This document shows, one piece after another, positions 40,701 through 48,807 of a stretch of 64,000 nt of DNA. Source of the DNA: an uncultured Gammaproteobacteria bacterium (GTDB lineage Bacteria; Pseudomonadota; Gammaproteobacteria; JASBUN01). The stretch lies in assembly GCA_963773585.1 (NCBI GenBank), contig CAVZBR010000001.1, positions 703,882 through 767,881 on the forward strand, read 5' to 3'. Position 1 is the stretch's first letter; each line of letters opens with the position of its first letter. The position numbers and the translations under genes were made by a program. The notes below the pieces were generated by a model that was given only the letters and a program-made list of their open reading frames with translations, was not told where the DNA came from and did not search any database.

Positions 40701-41723
40701 TTGCAAGGCAGTGCCCATTCCGGCGGCGGCGTCGTGCGCATCCAAGGCGATTTCAAAATGCCGAGTGCAGATCCCTGGCGCACGCAATTGCACATCAGCG
40801 GCGATCGTTTCCTGGTCGTGAACACCACCGAGGCCAAGGCCTATATTTCTCCGGATCTCGATATCAAAGCACAACCGAAGCGAATCGATGTCAGCGGCGA
40901 ACTGACTGTGCCGGAAGCCAAACTCACGCCCAGCGATGGAGGCTCGGCAGTCAAGCCTTCCAGTGACGTCGAAGTCATCCGCAATGACAAAGAGCAAGTC
41001 AAGCAACAGAGCGGTTGGACGGTCTATGCCAAGGTTCGCTTGAACCTCGGCGAGAAGGTGCATTTCACTGGTTACGGGTTTGACGGCCGCATCACCGGCA
41101 CGCTCGCGCTCGATGATGTGCCCAACAAAATTACGACCGCGACCGGTACCCTCGACATTCACGACGCCAGCTACACGGCGTACGGCAAGACATTGACGGT
41201 GGACAGCGGCAGTCTGAGCTACGCCGGTAATCCGGTCACGAATCCGGGATTGAACTTTACCGCCACGCGTACTATTCAGGAAATCAAGGTCGGCGTTCAG
41301 GTGAGCGGTACGGCGTCGAATCCGCGACTGGATCTGTTCTCCGATCCAACCATGAGCGATGGCGACATCCTGTCGTATCTGGTTACCGGTAAGCCGCTCA
41401 GCGGCGCGGGCCAGGGAGACAGCAAAGCTTTGATGGCGGCGGCAACGAGCGCCGGCCTGGCGAAAGGCGCCGCGTTGGCGGAAAAAATCGGCCACCAGCT
41501 CGGATTCCAGGATGTGAGCGTGGGCCAGGAAGGCGACTCCGACAAACCTTGGTTGACTGTGGGGCGCTACTTGTCGCCAAAGCTGTATGTCAGCTACGGC
41601 GTCGGACTGTTCGAACCGGGCAATGTGGTGCGCTTGCGCTATGAATTGACCAAACACTGGAAGGTACAGGGTGAAACCGGCTCGACCAGCGGCGCCGATA
41701 TACTCTACACCATCGAACGTTGA
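37719..41723 (+). CDS. tamB: Translocation and assembly module inner-membrane subunit TamB (DUF490)
   Basis: 1334 aa with an N-terminal anchor, a long repetitive beta-rich body and a conserved C-terminus (LSYLVTGKPL..GRYLSPKLYVSYG). Confidence 0.85.
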   Translation: MKRALRGLGWLFAALLLLLLVAIGYVAGTPSGLRWALGQAESRMGDALQIGQVDGSLLRGVQLQDLRFHSANLTLQIDRFQARWQALSMLRGLLKVQSLHAQGVQVHTEPGDQQQASKFPPRFSTPIGVSLANAVIEDLSISQADQDPLKLERIELGATFQGNRLRLSHLAVQGPTVQLSGTGAAQLGDDYTVDLSVKWGLQADGEHWRGAGTIKGDRADLRIHHQLDAPLQAQLQAQLKDVFDKTRWQAKLDIRPFDADALLRQLQAPAGNQAPPAEPLGLGQVEMHANLHGDRIKAVLDPLLVHLPEGDRDVRLEGSVNEWLDASRTADLTLRWRNLQWPLQQSPQVASATGSARLRGGMDDFLLRLDAALSVPGMPNAPAKLQLDGALRNNGPDLRLEQVAVREVGGSARIQIQGQIDQWRSASPQLDVAGAWQQLQWPLQGTPQASSNEGTFSVQGGLDDYRFQTKLELAAPQLPSSHWQIDGDGKLGRVQFQSIDAQLLDGSMTGSGSVAWKESLQWQFALQLQNLNPGTIDPAWPGKLGGRVQVSGAAPQTGPSLQLALQQVRGTLRQRSFEAEAKVALAEQRWRVEQLQIRSGDARLDVHGDYGERLDLAWNLDANQLADLLPGASGSLHASGAVQGTSQAPRMEAKLNGEALRYQDYSTASVKGTVAAGIGPQQPLRIDLQATQLSAAGQDAERLTLTGSGTTAQHQLELQIQQADGAVKLVLAGGLQPQSVWRGELRTLRLSTDRLGTWQLQQAAALTLAADHAALGRTCLQRQEGGVCVAGQWQGAGPWSGKFELQQLPLAALAQLMPQDIHITGTVDGNAEVASTNGSLSKVDGQLRLSSGAVRYKADAEHVVDESFGGGVLNIGQKGEQLVGNLQIDLAGKDRVAGEMRVGMPGGGGWSASRIDGHLSLQMARWDIVEVFVPQVSGVDGTLQGRLTLAGTVGEPQISGEARLRANQVELPQAGTVLKDVDLRVADAGRGALQLQGSAHSGGGVVRIQGDFKMPSADPWRTQLHISGDRFLVVNTTEAKAYISPDLDIKAQPKRIDVSGELTVPEAKLTPSDGGSAVKPSSDVEVIRNDKEQVKQQSGWTVYAKVRLNLGEKVHFTGYGFDGRITGTLALDDVPNKITTATGTLDIHDASYTAYGKTLTVDSGSLSYAGNPVTNPGLNFTATRTIQEIKVGVQVSGTASNPRLDLFSDPTMSDGDILSYLVTGKPLSGAGQGDSKALMAAATSAGLAKGAALAEKIGHQLGFQDVSVGQEGDSDKPWLTVGRYLSPKLYVSYGVGLFEPGNVVRLRYELTKHWKVQGETGSTSGADILYTIER

Positions 41724-41735
41724 CCCGTGCTGTGC

Positions 41736-43201
41736 TCACTCACGGCCAGTAAGAACATCTTCGCCAGTCCGCGCGCGCACCTCCTCGTCATGGCGTTCCT
41801 GCGCGTGCTGTTGCTGGCGCGATGATGTGCCGCCGATCCAGCGATCCATCAGTCTTGCCGCAACCAGGTCACCGCTGACGTTGATGGCTGTCCGACTCAT
41901 GTCGAGGATGCGATCGACGCCCATGATGAGCGCAATGCCGGACGCCGGTATGCCGACGGTGGTCAGGATCATGGCCAGGACCACGATCCCGACTCCCGGC
42001 GTGGCCGGCGCACCGACTGAAGCGCCAACGGCTGTTATGACAATCAAAAGCATGCCGCCGAGGCCAAGCTCGATGCCGAACACTTGGGCCAGGAAGATCG
42101 CCGCCACGCCTTGATAGAGTGCTGTGCCGTTCATGTTGATGGTGGCGCCCAAAGGGTCACGAACTGCGAAATGGACGGCCTGACGCCGAGCTTTTCCTCT
42201 GCCGTCCTGATCGAGAGCGGCATGACTGCGGCCGAACTGGAGGTTGAAAATGCCAACAACAGTACGTCTCCCACAGCCCGTAGAAATCTCTTCGGCGTCA
42301 TGCCGGCGGCGAAATACATCAGTGTCAAATACAGCCCGAACAAGCTCAGCAACGCCAGCAACACGGTGGCGACGTACACTGCCATGCCGAGCAGTGCGTT
42401 CAGTCCGAGGCGAGCGGAGAGGGCAGCCAGCAGCCCGAATACGGCCACCGGTGCCAGCCACATCGCCCAGCGCACGACCGTCATGCATACTTCCTGCAGC
42501 GAGCCGAGCAAGTCCAACAGGGGCTTGGATTGCTTGGGCGCCATGATCACCAGCGCGATGCCGACGATGACGGCGAAGATCACCACTTCGAGCATGTTGC
42601 TTTCGGTCATGGACATGAGCGGGTTGGTGGGCACCAAGGTCACGATGCGCTCGGGAAAGTCATCGAGGGTTGGCGGCACGGTGCTGGCGGGCGCTGCTGC
42701 CGGCGCCGATTCCGACATATGCAACAGCTGCGGTTCGATGAACTGTCCGGGCCGGATCCACAATGCGAACGCAATACCGATCACGATCGCGATCGCCGTG
42801 GTCGCGACAAAATACAGGGCGACGCGTAAACCGACCCGACGAAGCTGATCAAGGTCTTCGCTTGCGGCCAGCCCGCGGATGATCGATGCAAATACCAGGG
42901 GTATCACGATCATCTGAATCAACGCCAGGAACAATCGGCCCGGCAACGCCAGCCAGTCGCTGAGCAGACCCGCCGTATGCGGTGCAACCCAACCCACCGA
43001 AGGCCCGATCAGGAAGCCCGTTGCGAGACCGGCGAACATGCCGATCAGGACCTGTAGCCACAGCCGGCCACGGACCAACGCTTGCAGCGTATTGGAAAGA
43101 TATTTCAGGGAGCGGGGTCGAAGCTCGCTCAACGCCGCTGCATTCGGGTTGCTGTCGCTCATATTGGCGCCGTCGCTCGGGTTTGCCTTCTGGTCGGCCA
43201 A
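41736..43201 (-). pseudogene. Dicarboxylate/amino acid:cation symporter (DAACS, GltP-like) interrupted by a 1-nt frameshift
   Basis: Two overlapping ORFs (42131..43201 and 41736..42488) are collinear halves of one DAACS protein. Frame 1 ends ..SISQFVTLWAPPST*. The adjacent frame continues PLGATINMNGTALYQGVAAIF. The junction is at about 42153..42160 in a C-run. Confidence 0.7.
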
Positions 43202-43211
43202 TGGGCGCGCG

Positions 43212-45713
43212 TCACCGTAGCCGCAGCTCGGCGCGCGGTCGCCCCGTGCCAGTGGTCGCGTTCCGCGTGCAGGATTGCAAGCGCTCCTGGTCGATGCCGT
43301 AGCTTCCGGTCAAAACGCTCATCACCCCCGTAGTACGATTCTGCGGTAGGCTCGATGAGTCGTTCGCAGCCGCGCGGTCGTCTTCGGTCGTTAGGGCGCA
43401 TATTTGCAAACGCACCGCAGGTCGCTGCTGCAGCAGCGCCGCCAGACGCCTCAGATAGGTGTCGGCCACCGAATTGAGTTCCGCCGAACCGGCGCGAAAC
43501 AGGAGCGGTTCCAGGAGCAGTCCTTTGCCGTGCAGAACGCTATTGTCGGCTTCGGCGATACCGAATGGTTGCAGCGTATTCCGCACGGTACTCAGCGCGG
43601 CGTCACGCAGGCTGCTGCTGAGCGCTTGGTCGAAGGCCAGGCCGAGATCGAAATCCGCTGCCTCGAGGTCGCCGCGCAAGGGCATCTCGACCCGCTGTAC
43701 CTGATCGCGGTCCCGTAGCAGTGTGAGTGCCACCGGCACTGGCATAGGCAGCTGCTCACGCACCGCGGGCGACGGTTCGCCCGACCGCCGCAATCGCGTT
43801 CCGCGCGCAACGAGTTGGTTGTCACTGCGTAGTGCGCCGTCGATTACATGAATGGTAGATTCGACGTCCAACTTTCCGGCTTTGAGCTCGATTCCTAGAT
43901 GTTCCCTGCTGTAGGGACTCAGGGGCGCCAATGGCAGCCTGTAGATTTTGGTCTTCAGCGAAAGATTCAGGTGCTCGGCGAACGGACGCAGTTTGCCGAC
44001 TGCGACGATGCGCGTGCCGTCGGCGATGGCACCCTCCAGTATCATCGGACTCAAGCGCAGTGGTTCGGCGCTGTCGAGTTCCGCCAGCGAGAAATGCTGT
44101 AGCTTTATGGTCCTCGCAAAGGCCGGCTTTACGCTCTGATCTTCGAATCGCAAGGTATTGTTGCCGTTTTCGATCGCGACGCGGTCGATTCGCCAATAGA
44201 CATCGGAATCGGCGGTTTCGGCGCTCGCCGGCGCGGGCGCAGCCAAGCCCAGCCAGTGCCCGTCGGCTTGTTTACGTAGCAGAAGATGAACATCACTGAG
44301 TTCGAGGCGCTCGGCAGAGAAGCGCTGGCGAGCGGTGAGTGCGAGTTGTTCGAATAACGCCGACTCACCGCGTGCGAGTGGCTCGCGGGTATCAGGCGCC
44401 GGAGCGTCGATGCGATAATGCAACAGCTCGAGGGAATTTGCGGTGACGCGGTACGTGCCTTTCATGTCCAGGTCGCGCAACGATGCTTGCGTGGCGTCCA
44501 GCAACTCGATGTTCCGCTCTGGGCGTTGCACATGGAGATCGAACAGCTGTAGCTGCCCGGCCGCAGAAACGCCGCCCGGCACGTCGAGCGCGCCTTCGCT
44601 GAGTACGCCTTGCCAGTGGGCGCGTCGGGCCTGTACCGACAGATCCGTTCGTGTGCGTTGCAAGGCGACGGCCTGCATTTCCAGTGCGCCGTCGGCAGAA
44701 ACGGTCGGCGGCCGCCGCAGATGCACGTTGGCGTTCAAGCGCCCGTGCCATTCCGTCGAGTCGGTCTGCACAGTCCCTCCAGGAGTGGTCAGCCGAAGTT
44801 GCGTCGATTTCCATTGTCCCTGCTGGTGGAAGCCGGCGCCGCCACCGGTCAGTTGCACTTCCCCTTCTCCGGCCCAGACGGATTCGCCGATCTGCAGTTT
44901 TGTGTCTGGGCCGGCAACGCGCAGATCATGCACGCGGACCGTGCCCTCATTGGCCAACTGCAGGTGGTTTTCGACATCGCGCAGTAGCCGCAAGCGCAGT
45001 CTGGCATCGGCAAAGCCCTGGAGCTCGCGCAGCGCCGGTGCTAACGGCGCGGTGCGAGCCAAGTCGAGATTGTCGAGCTCGATTTCTCCTTCGCCTTCGG
45101 GAACGTCGGCGGCCAGCTTGAAGGTGCCCCTCACCCGTAGCGGAGCGCCTGCGAGATCCCCCTCCAGCAAGACGCTGCTGCGGTCTTGTGCATTGCTCGA
45201 CCAGGGCGAGAGCGTACCTTCGCGAACGCGCCATGGGATACGCGTCGCGCCGACGGGCAACAATAGTTCGACGTCGGAGAGTCGCAAATTGCGGATTTGG
45301 ATCGGCCAGTCTCGATCGCCGCTGCGACCCAGCGACGCGATCGCGGTCCTGTCAAAACGCAGGTTGGCGTCATGCACCGTAACGGTGTCGAAACCCAGGC
45401 GATGGTGCCACAAGCTTTGCCAGAGAAATCGCACCCTAAGATCGCCAGCGCTCAGGGTGTCGCCATCGCCATACTCGACCAACAGCTGACGGATTTGGAC
45501 CGTGCCCTTGATCGGATTGCTTTCCAACTCGCCGATGGTGACATTTTTGGCGTTGTGCGCATAAAACCACTGTTCGATCCCGTAGCGCAGGGCATATGGC
45601 ATGCCCACCAGCGCTGCGGCTACCAGTAGCAAAAGGAAGATAAACGACCATAGCCACGCGCTGCGGAACATCGAGCGAGAGTCTATGGTCTGTGAAGACG
45701 CTGGCTCGCGCAT
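43212..45713 (-). CDS. DUF748/AsmA-like large envelope protein
   Basis: 833 aa with an N-terminal anchor (SAWLWSFIFLLLLVAAALV), a repetitive beta-rich body and an OmpA-like-looking C-terminal segment. Family call is from memory. Confidence 0.55.
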   Translation of the reverse strand: MREPASSQTIDSRSMFRSAWLWSFIFLLLLVAAALVGMPYALRYGIEQWFYAHNAKNVTIGELESNPIKGTVQIRQLLVEYGDGDTLSAGDLRVRFLWQSLWHHRLGFDTVTVHDANLRFDRTAIASLGRSGDRDWPIQIRNLRLSDVELLLPVGATRIPWRVREGTLSPWSSNAQDRSSVLLEGDLAGAPLRVRGTFKLAADVPEGEGEIELDNLDLARTAPLAPALRELQGFADARLRLRLLRDVENHLQLANEGTVRVHDLRVAGPDTKLQIGESVWAGEGEVQLTGGGAGFHQQGQWKSTQLRLTTPGGTVQTDSTEWHGRLNANVHLRRPPTVSADGALEMQAVALQRTRTDLSVQARRAHWQGVLSEGALDVPGGVSAAGQLQLFDLHVQRPERNIELLDATQASLRDLDMKGTYRVTANSLELLHYRIDAPAPDTREPLARGESALFEQLALTARQRFSAERLELSDVHLLLRKQADGHWLGLAAPAPASAETADSDVYWRIDRVAIENGNNTLRFEDQSVKPAFARTIKLQHFSLAELDSAEPLRLSPMILEGAIADGTRIVAVGKLRPFAEHLNLSLKTKIYRLPLAPLSPYSREHLGIELKAGKLDVESTIHVIDGALRSDNQLVARGTRLRRSGEPSPAVREQLPMPVPVALTLLRDRDQVQRVEMPLRGDLEAADFDLGLAFDQALSSSLRDAALSTVRNTLQPFGIAEADNSVLHGKGLLLEPLLFRAGSAELNSVADTYLRRLAALLQQRPAVRLQICALTTEDDRAAANDSSSLPQNRTTGVMSVLTGSYGIDQERLQSCTRNATTGTGRPRAELRLR

Positions 45714-45834
45714 GGATACTTAGCTTTTGGCAATGAACCGCGGATGAGTGGCATCCCCCGTCGGAGCACCGCGTGCGGTGCTCCGTCCCGTGCAGAACTC
45801 CGGCCGATATAGCAGCTCGCGAGCGATCGATCCC

Positions 45835-46863
45835 CTACCAATTGTAGCCGACGGTAAGCAGGTAAGTCAGATCCGTCTGCTCGGTGCCGGGGGGTGGACT
45901 GCGATCCCAATCCACGTTCACCTGTACTGATGTGTCGAGGTTGTCCATCAACGGGACGCGCAATCCCGTCTCGCTGCGTATGATCAGGTCTTCGGAATTC
46001 TCGAGGCTTTGAAGGCCTTCATGCTTATGGAAAAACTGCAGGCGGTTGTTGAAGAAATACTGGTCGTAGTTCAGCGCCCACCGTGCGGCGATGAATGATT
46101 CATCCGCGGCCGATATAAAATCCTGGTTGACGTAGGTCAGGCCTCCTTCAAGTGACAGATTCTTGCGCTTCGATTCGACAAACTGATGTCCCAGGCCGCC
46201 GCCGAGCACACTGCGCAAATTGAGGTCCTTGAAGCGATCACGGATGAAGGACGCGTTGGTATAGAGATAGCGTTTTTCGGTGAGAAAGTGATCGTATTTG
46301 CTGTAAACCGTGGTCCGGTCGGCGCTCTTGTTGCCGTCTTCGCTGCTGCGTTGCGCGGTGGCGCCGACGGTGTAACGATTCTCCTTGGTCCTCGCCACCA
46401 TTTCGGTATCCAGATACAGATTCTTGGTTTCGCTGTTGCCGGACGTGGCATTCACACCGAGTTTGACGTGTCCGGTAAACTCTACGCCTTTGCCGCTTAC
46501 CGCCGGTGACGGATTGATGTAGGCGATTTTGTCCAGGGCGATCGGCGCGGTCTCGATGATCTCACCGGCTTTCAATGTCACCTTTCCCGGCTCATCCGCG
46601 TTTCGAAAAGTGGCATTGAGGCTGGTATCGTCTTTGAGCATGACTTGCACCGGCTTGTCGGTCGTAATGCCGCTGACGTCGATCCAGTGGATTTTGATTT
46701 CACCGGCATACGGCGTTTTGAACACCAGATTTTGGTCTTCTTTGCGTACCACCTTGCCGGAAATGTGATCGCCATTGCGAAGCGTTACCGTGTCGGCAAG
46801 TACGGAGCAGGACATGGTGCCGGCCAGCATCGTAGCCAGCGCTCTTGATGTAACACTCGACAT
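45835..46863 (-). CDS. DUF481-family outer-membrane beta-barrel protein (YdiY-like)
   Basis: 342 aa with a signal peptide, DTVTLRNGDHISGKVV repeats, an alternating beta pattern and a C-terminal aromatic residue (..VGYNW). Confidence 0.6.
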   Translation of the reverse strand: MSSVTSRALATMLAGTMSCSVLADTVTLRNGDHISGKVVRKEDQNLVFKTPYAGEIKIHWIDVSGITTDKPVQVMLKDDTSLNATFRNADEPGKVTLKAGEIIETAPIALDKIAYINPSPAVSGKGVEFTGHVKLGVNATSGNSETKNLYLDTEMVARTKENRYTVGATAQRSSEDGNKSADRTTVYSKYDHFLTEKRYLYTNASFIRDRFKDLNLRSVLGGGLGHQFVESKRKNLSLEGGLTYVNQDFISAADESFIAARWALNYDQYFFNNRLQFFHKHEGLQSLENSEDLIIRSETGLRVPLMDNLDTSVQVNVDWDRSPPPGTEQTDLTYLLTVGYNW

Positions 46864-46999
46864 GAAATCCCTCAGAAATATGGGTTGGATATTGGCATCA
46901 TAATGCCTAAGGGCTCTCAGGCCAAAAACACGGATTAAAATTGCGTTAACTCATGCGGCAAGCTTTGTTTTGCCCCGATCCGCCACTAACGGAGCTTAT

Positions 47000-47974
47000 A
47001 TGTTCACAAATGACGGACTGATCGCTGCCTATTTGTTGGACGGCCAGGGGGGCGCCGAGGCCTGCGACTGGCCGCAGATCAAGGCATGGCAACCTGAGCG
47101 GGGCGTGTTGTGGGTGCACCTGGACTACACCAGCGACAATGCCCGCCGTTGGGTGCGCGAACACAGTGGTCTCGACCCCTTGGTGGCAGACAATCTACTG
47201 CAGGAAGAAACCCGTCCGCGCAGCGTGCCGGTGGGCGATGGTCTCCTGGTGCTGCTGCGCGGAGTGAACCTCAATCCCAACGCGGAGCCTGAAGACATGG
47301 TGTCGATCCGCATCTGGGCGAACCGTCATCGGATCGTGACGGCGCGGCATCGGCATCTGTTGTCGGTTGAAGACCTGCGCGTGGCGCTCACAGCTGGCCG
47401 CGGGCCGCGCGGCGCAGGCGAGTTTCTGGTGCAGATCGCGGATCGGATGGTGGCGCGCATGGCCGATGTCATCGACGGTATCGACGAGCGCGTGGGCGAA
47501 CTGGAAGACCAGATTCTGGTCTCGGAAAGTTATCGCCTGCGGCCGCTGCTGGCCGACGTGCGGCGCCAAATCATCAGCCTCCGCCGCTACCTGGCGCCGC
47601 AGCGCGAGGCCATGGCGCGCCTGATCCAGGAGCAGGCGGAATGGCTGCACGCGCAGGAGCGCATGCGGCTGCGGGAAGTGGGTGATCGGGTCACCCGATA
47701 CGTCGAGGACTTGGACGCCGCGCGCGAGCGTGCCGCGGTAACCCAGGAGGAACTCAACAGCCGTTTGTCGGAACAAATGGATCGGCGTATGTACGTGCTC
47801 TCGATCGTTGCCGCCGTGTTCTTGCCGCTGGGATTCGTGACCGGCCTGCTGGGGATCAATGTCGGGGGTATCCCGGGGGCCGAATACCATTACGGTTTTT
47901 TTGCGGTGTGTTTCTTGCTCGGAGGATTGGCGGCGATGCAATTCTGGCTGTTGCGCCGCAAACGTTGGGTGTAG
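47000..47974 (+). CDS. zntB: CorA-superfamily zinc transporter ZntB-like
   Basis: ORF 46970..47974 with a likely ATG at 47000 (MFTNDGLIAAYLLDG). The C-terminal TM pair carries GLLGINVGGIPG, a ZntB-type GxN motif. Confidence 0.75.
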   Translation: MFTNDGLIAAYLLDGQGGAEACDWPQIKAWQPERGVLWVHLDYTSDNARRWVREHSGLDPLVADNLLQEETRPRSVPVGDGLLVLLRGVNLNPNAEPEDMVSIRIWANRHRIVTARHRHLLSVEDLRVALTAGRGPRGAGEFLVQIADRMVARMADVIDGIDERVGELEDQILVSESYRLRPLLADVRRQIISLRRYLAPQREAMARLIQEQAEWLHAQERMRLREVGDRVTRYVEDLDAARERAAVTQEELNSRLSEQMDRRMYVLSIVAAVFLPLGFVTGLLGINVGGIPGAEYHYGFFAVCFLLGGLAAMQFWLLRRKRWV

Positions 47975-47988
47975 CGAAAGGGATTCGG

Positions 47989-48807
47989 TCAACGCCGCAG
48001 CCAGCGAATCCAACTGCTGCGGCCGCGGCGCAGGTTGCGCAAATAGCCTGTAAAGTCGAGCTGCAGCCTTTGTTCATAGCCGCGAGCGCGGGCGTCGAGT
48101 CGCTCCGGCTTGCAGCTCCCGGGATTCCGGCTGACTAGGGCAATCATGTTGCCTCGTTTCGGCACCGGCAGCTGGAAGGGGGTTTTTGCAAACGCCCGCG
48201 CCATTGCCGCCAGCGTGTCGCGATAGCCGGTGGCGCGTCCGCGCCACAGATTGATCGCCAATACTCCGTGCTCGTTAAGGGCGGTTTTGCATTGGTCTAT
48301 GAAGGCTTGCTGGCCCATGCAGTGCGCTGCACCGGCGGCGTCGAAGGTATCCACCAACAATGTGTCGTACTGCCCGGCAATTGCGCGGAGGGCAACAAAA
48401 TCCTCGGCGCAGGCAGTATGGACTTGCAGTCGCTCGGAGTCCGGCAGGGCGAAATAGCGCCGCGCGACGGCGATTACTTCGCTGCTGCGTTCCACGGCGT
48501 GGACCTCGCATTGCGGAAACCGATGCAACAAAAATTTGGCTATGGAGCCGCCGCCAAGACCGAGCATGAGCACCCGCCGGGGCACGTCGGGCAGCAGCAG
48601 CAAGAAACTCATCATGGCCCGCGTGTAGGGCAATTGCAGTTGCAGTGGGTCGTGCAGCCACATGCAGCTCTGTCGCGCGGGCGTCCCGAAATGCATCGCT
48701 CGGGTGGTGTCCGTCTCGACGACTTCGACGATGGTTTCTGAGGTCTCGCTGCGGTACACCAAGCGGCCGCGATAGTCGTCAGTCCGCGCCGTCGTGGTTT
48801 CATTCAT
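47989..48807 (-). CDS. Spermidine-synthase-like SAM-dependent transferase
   Basis: 272 aa with VLMLGLGGGSIAKFL (SAM motif I) and DTLLVDTFD, the general spermine/spermidine synthase layout. Confidence 0.6.
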   Translation of the reverse strand: MNETTTARTDDYRGRLVYRSETSETIVEVVETDTTRAMHFGTPARQSCMWLHDPLQLQLPYTRAMMSFLLLLPDVPRRVLMLGLGGGSIAKFLLHRFPQCEVHAVERSSEVIAVARRYFALPDSERLQVHTACAEDFVALRAIAGQYDTLLVDTFDAAGAAHCMGQQAFIDQCKTALNEHGVLAINLWRGRATGYRDTLAAMARAFAKTPFQLPVPKRGNMIALVSRNPGSCKPERLDARARGYEQRLQLDFTGYLRNLRRGRSSWIRWLRR

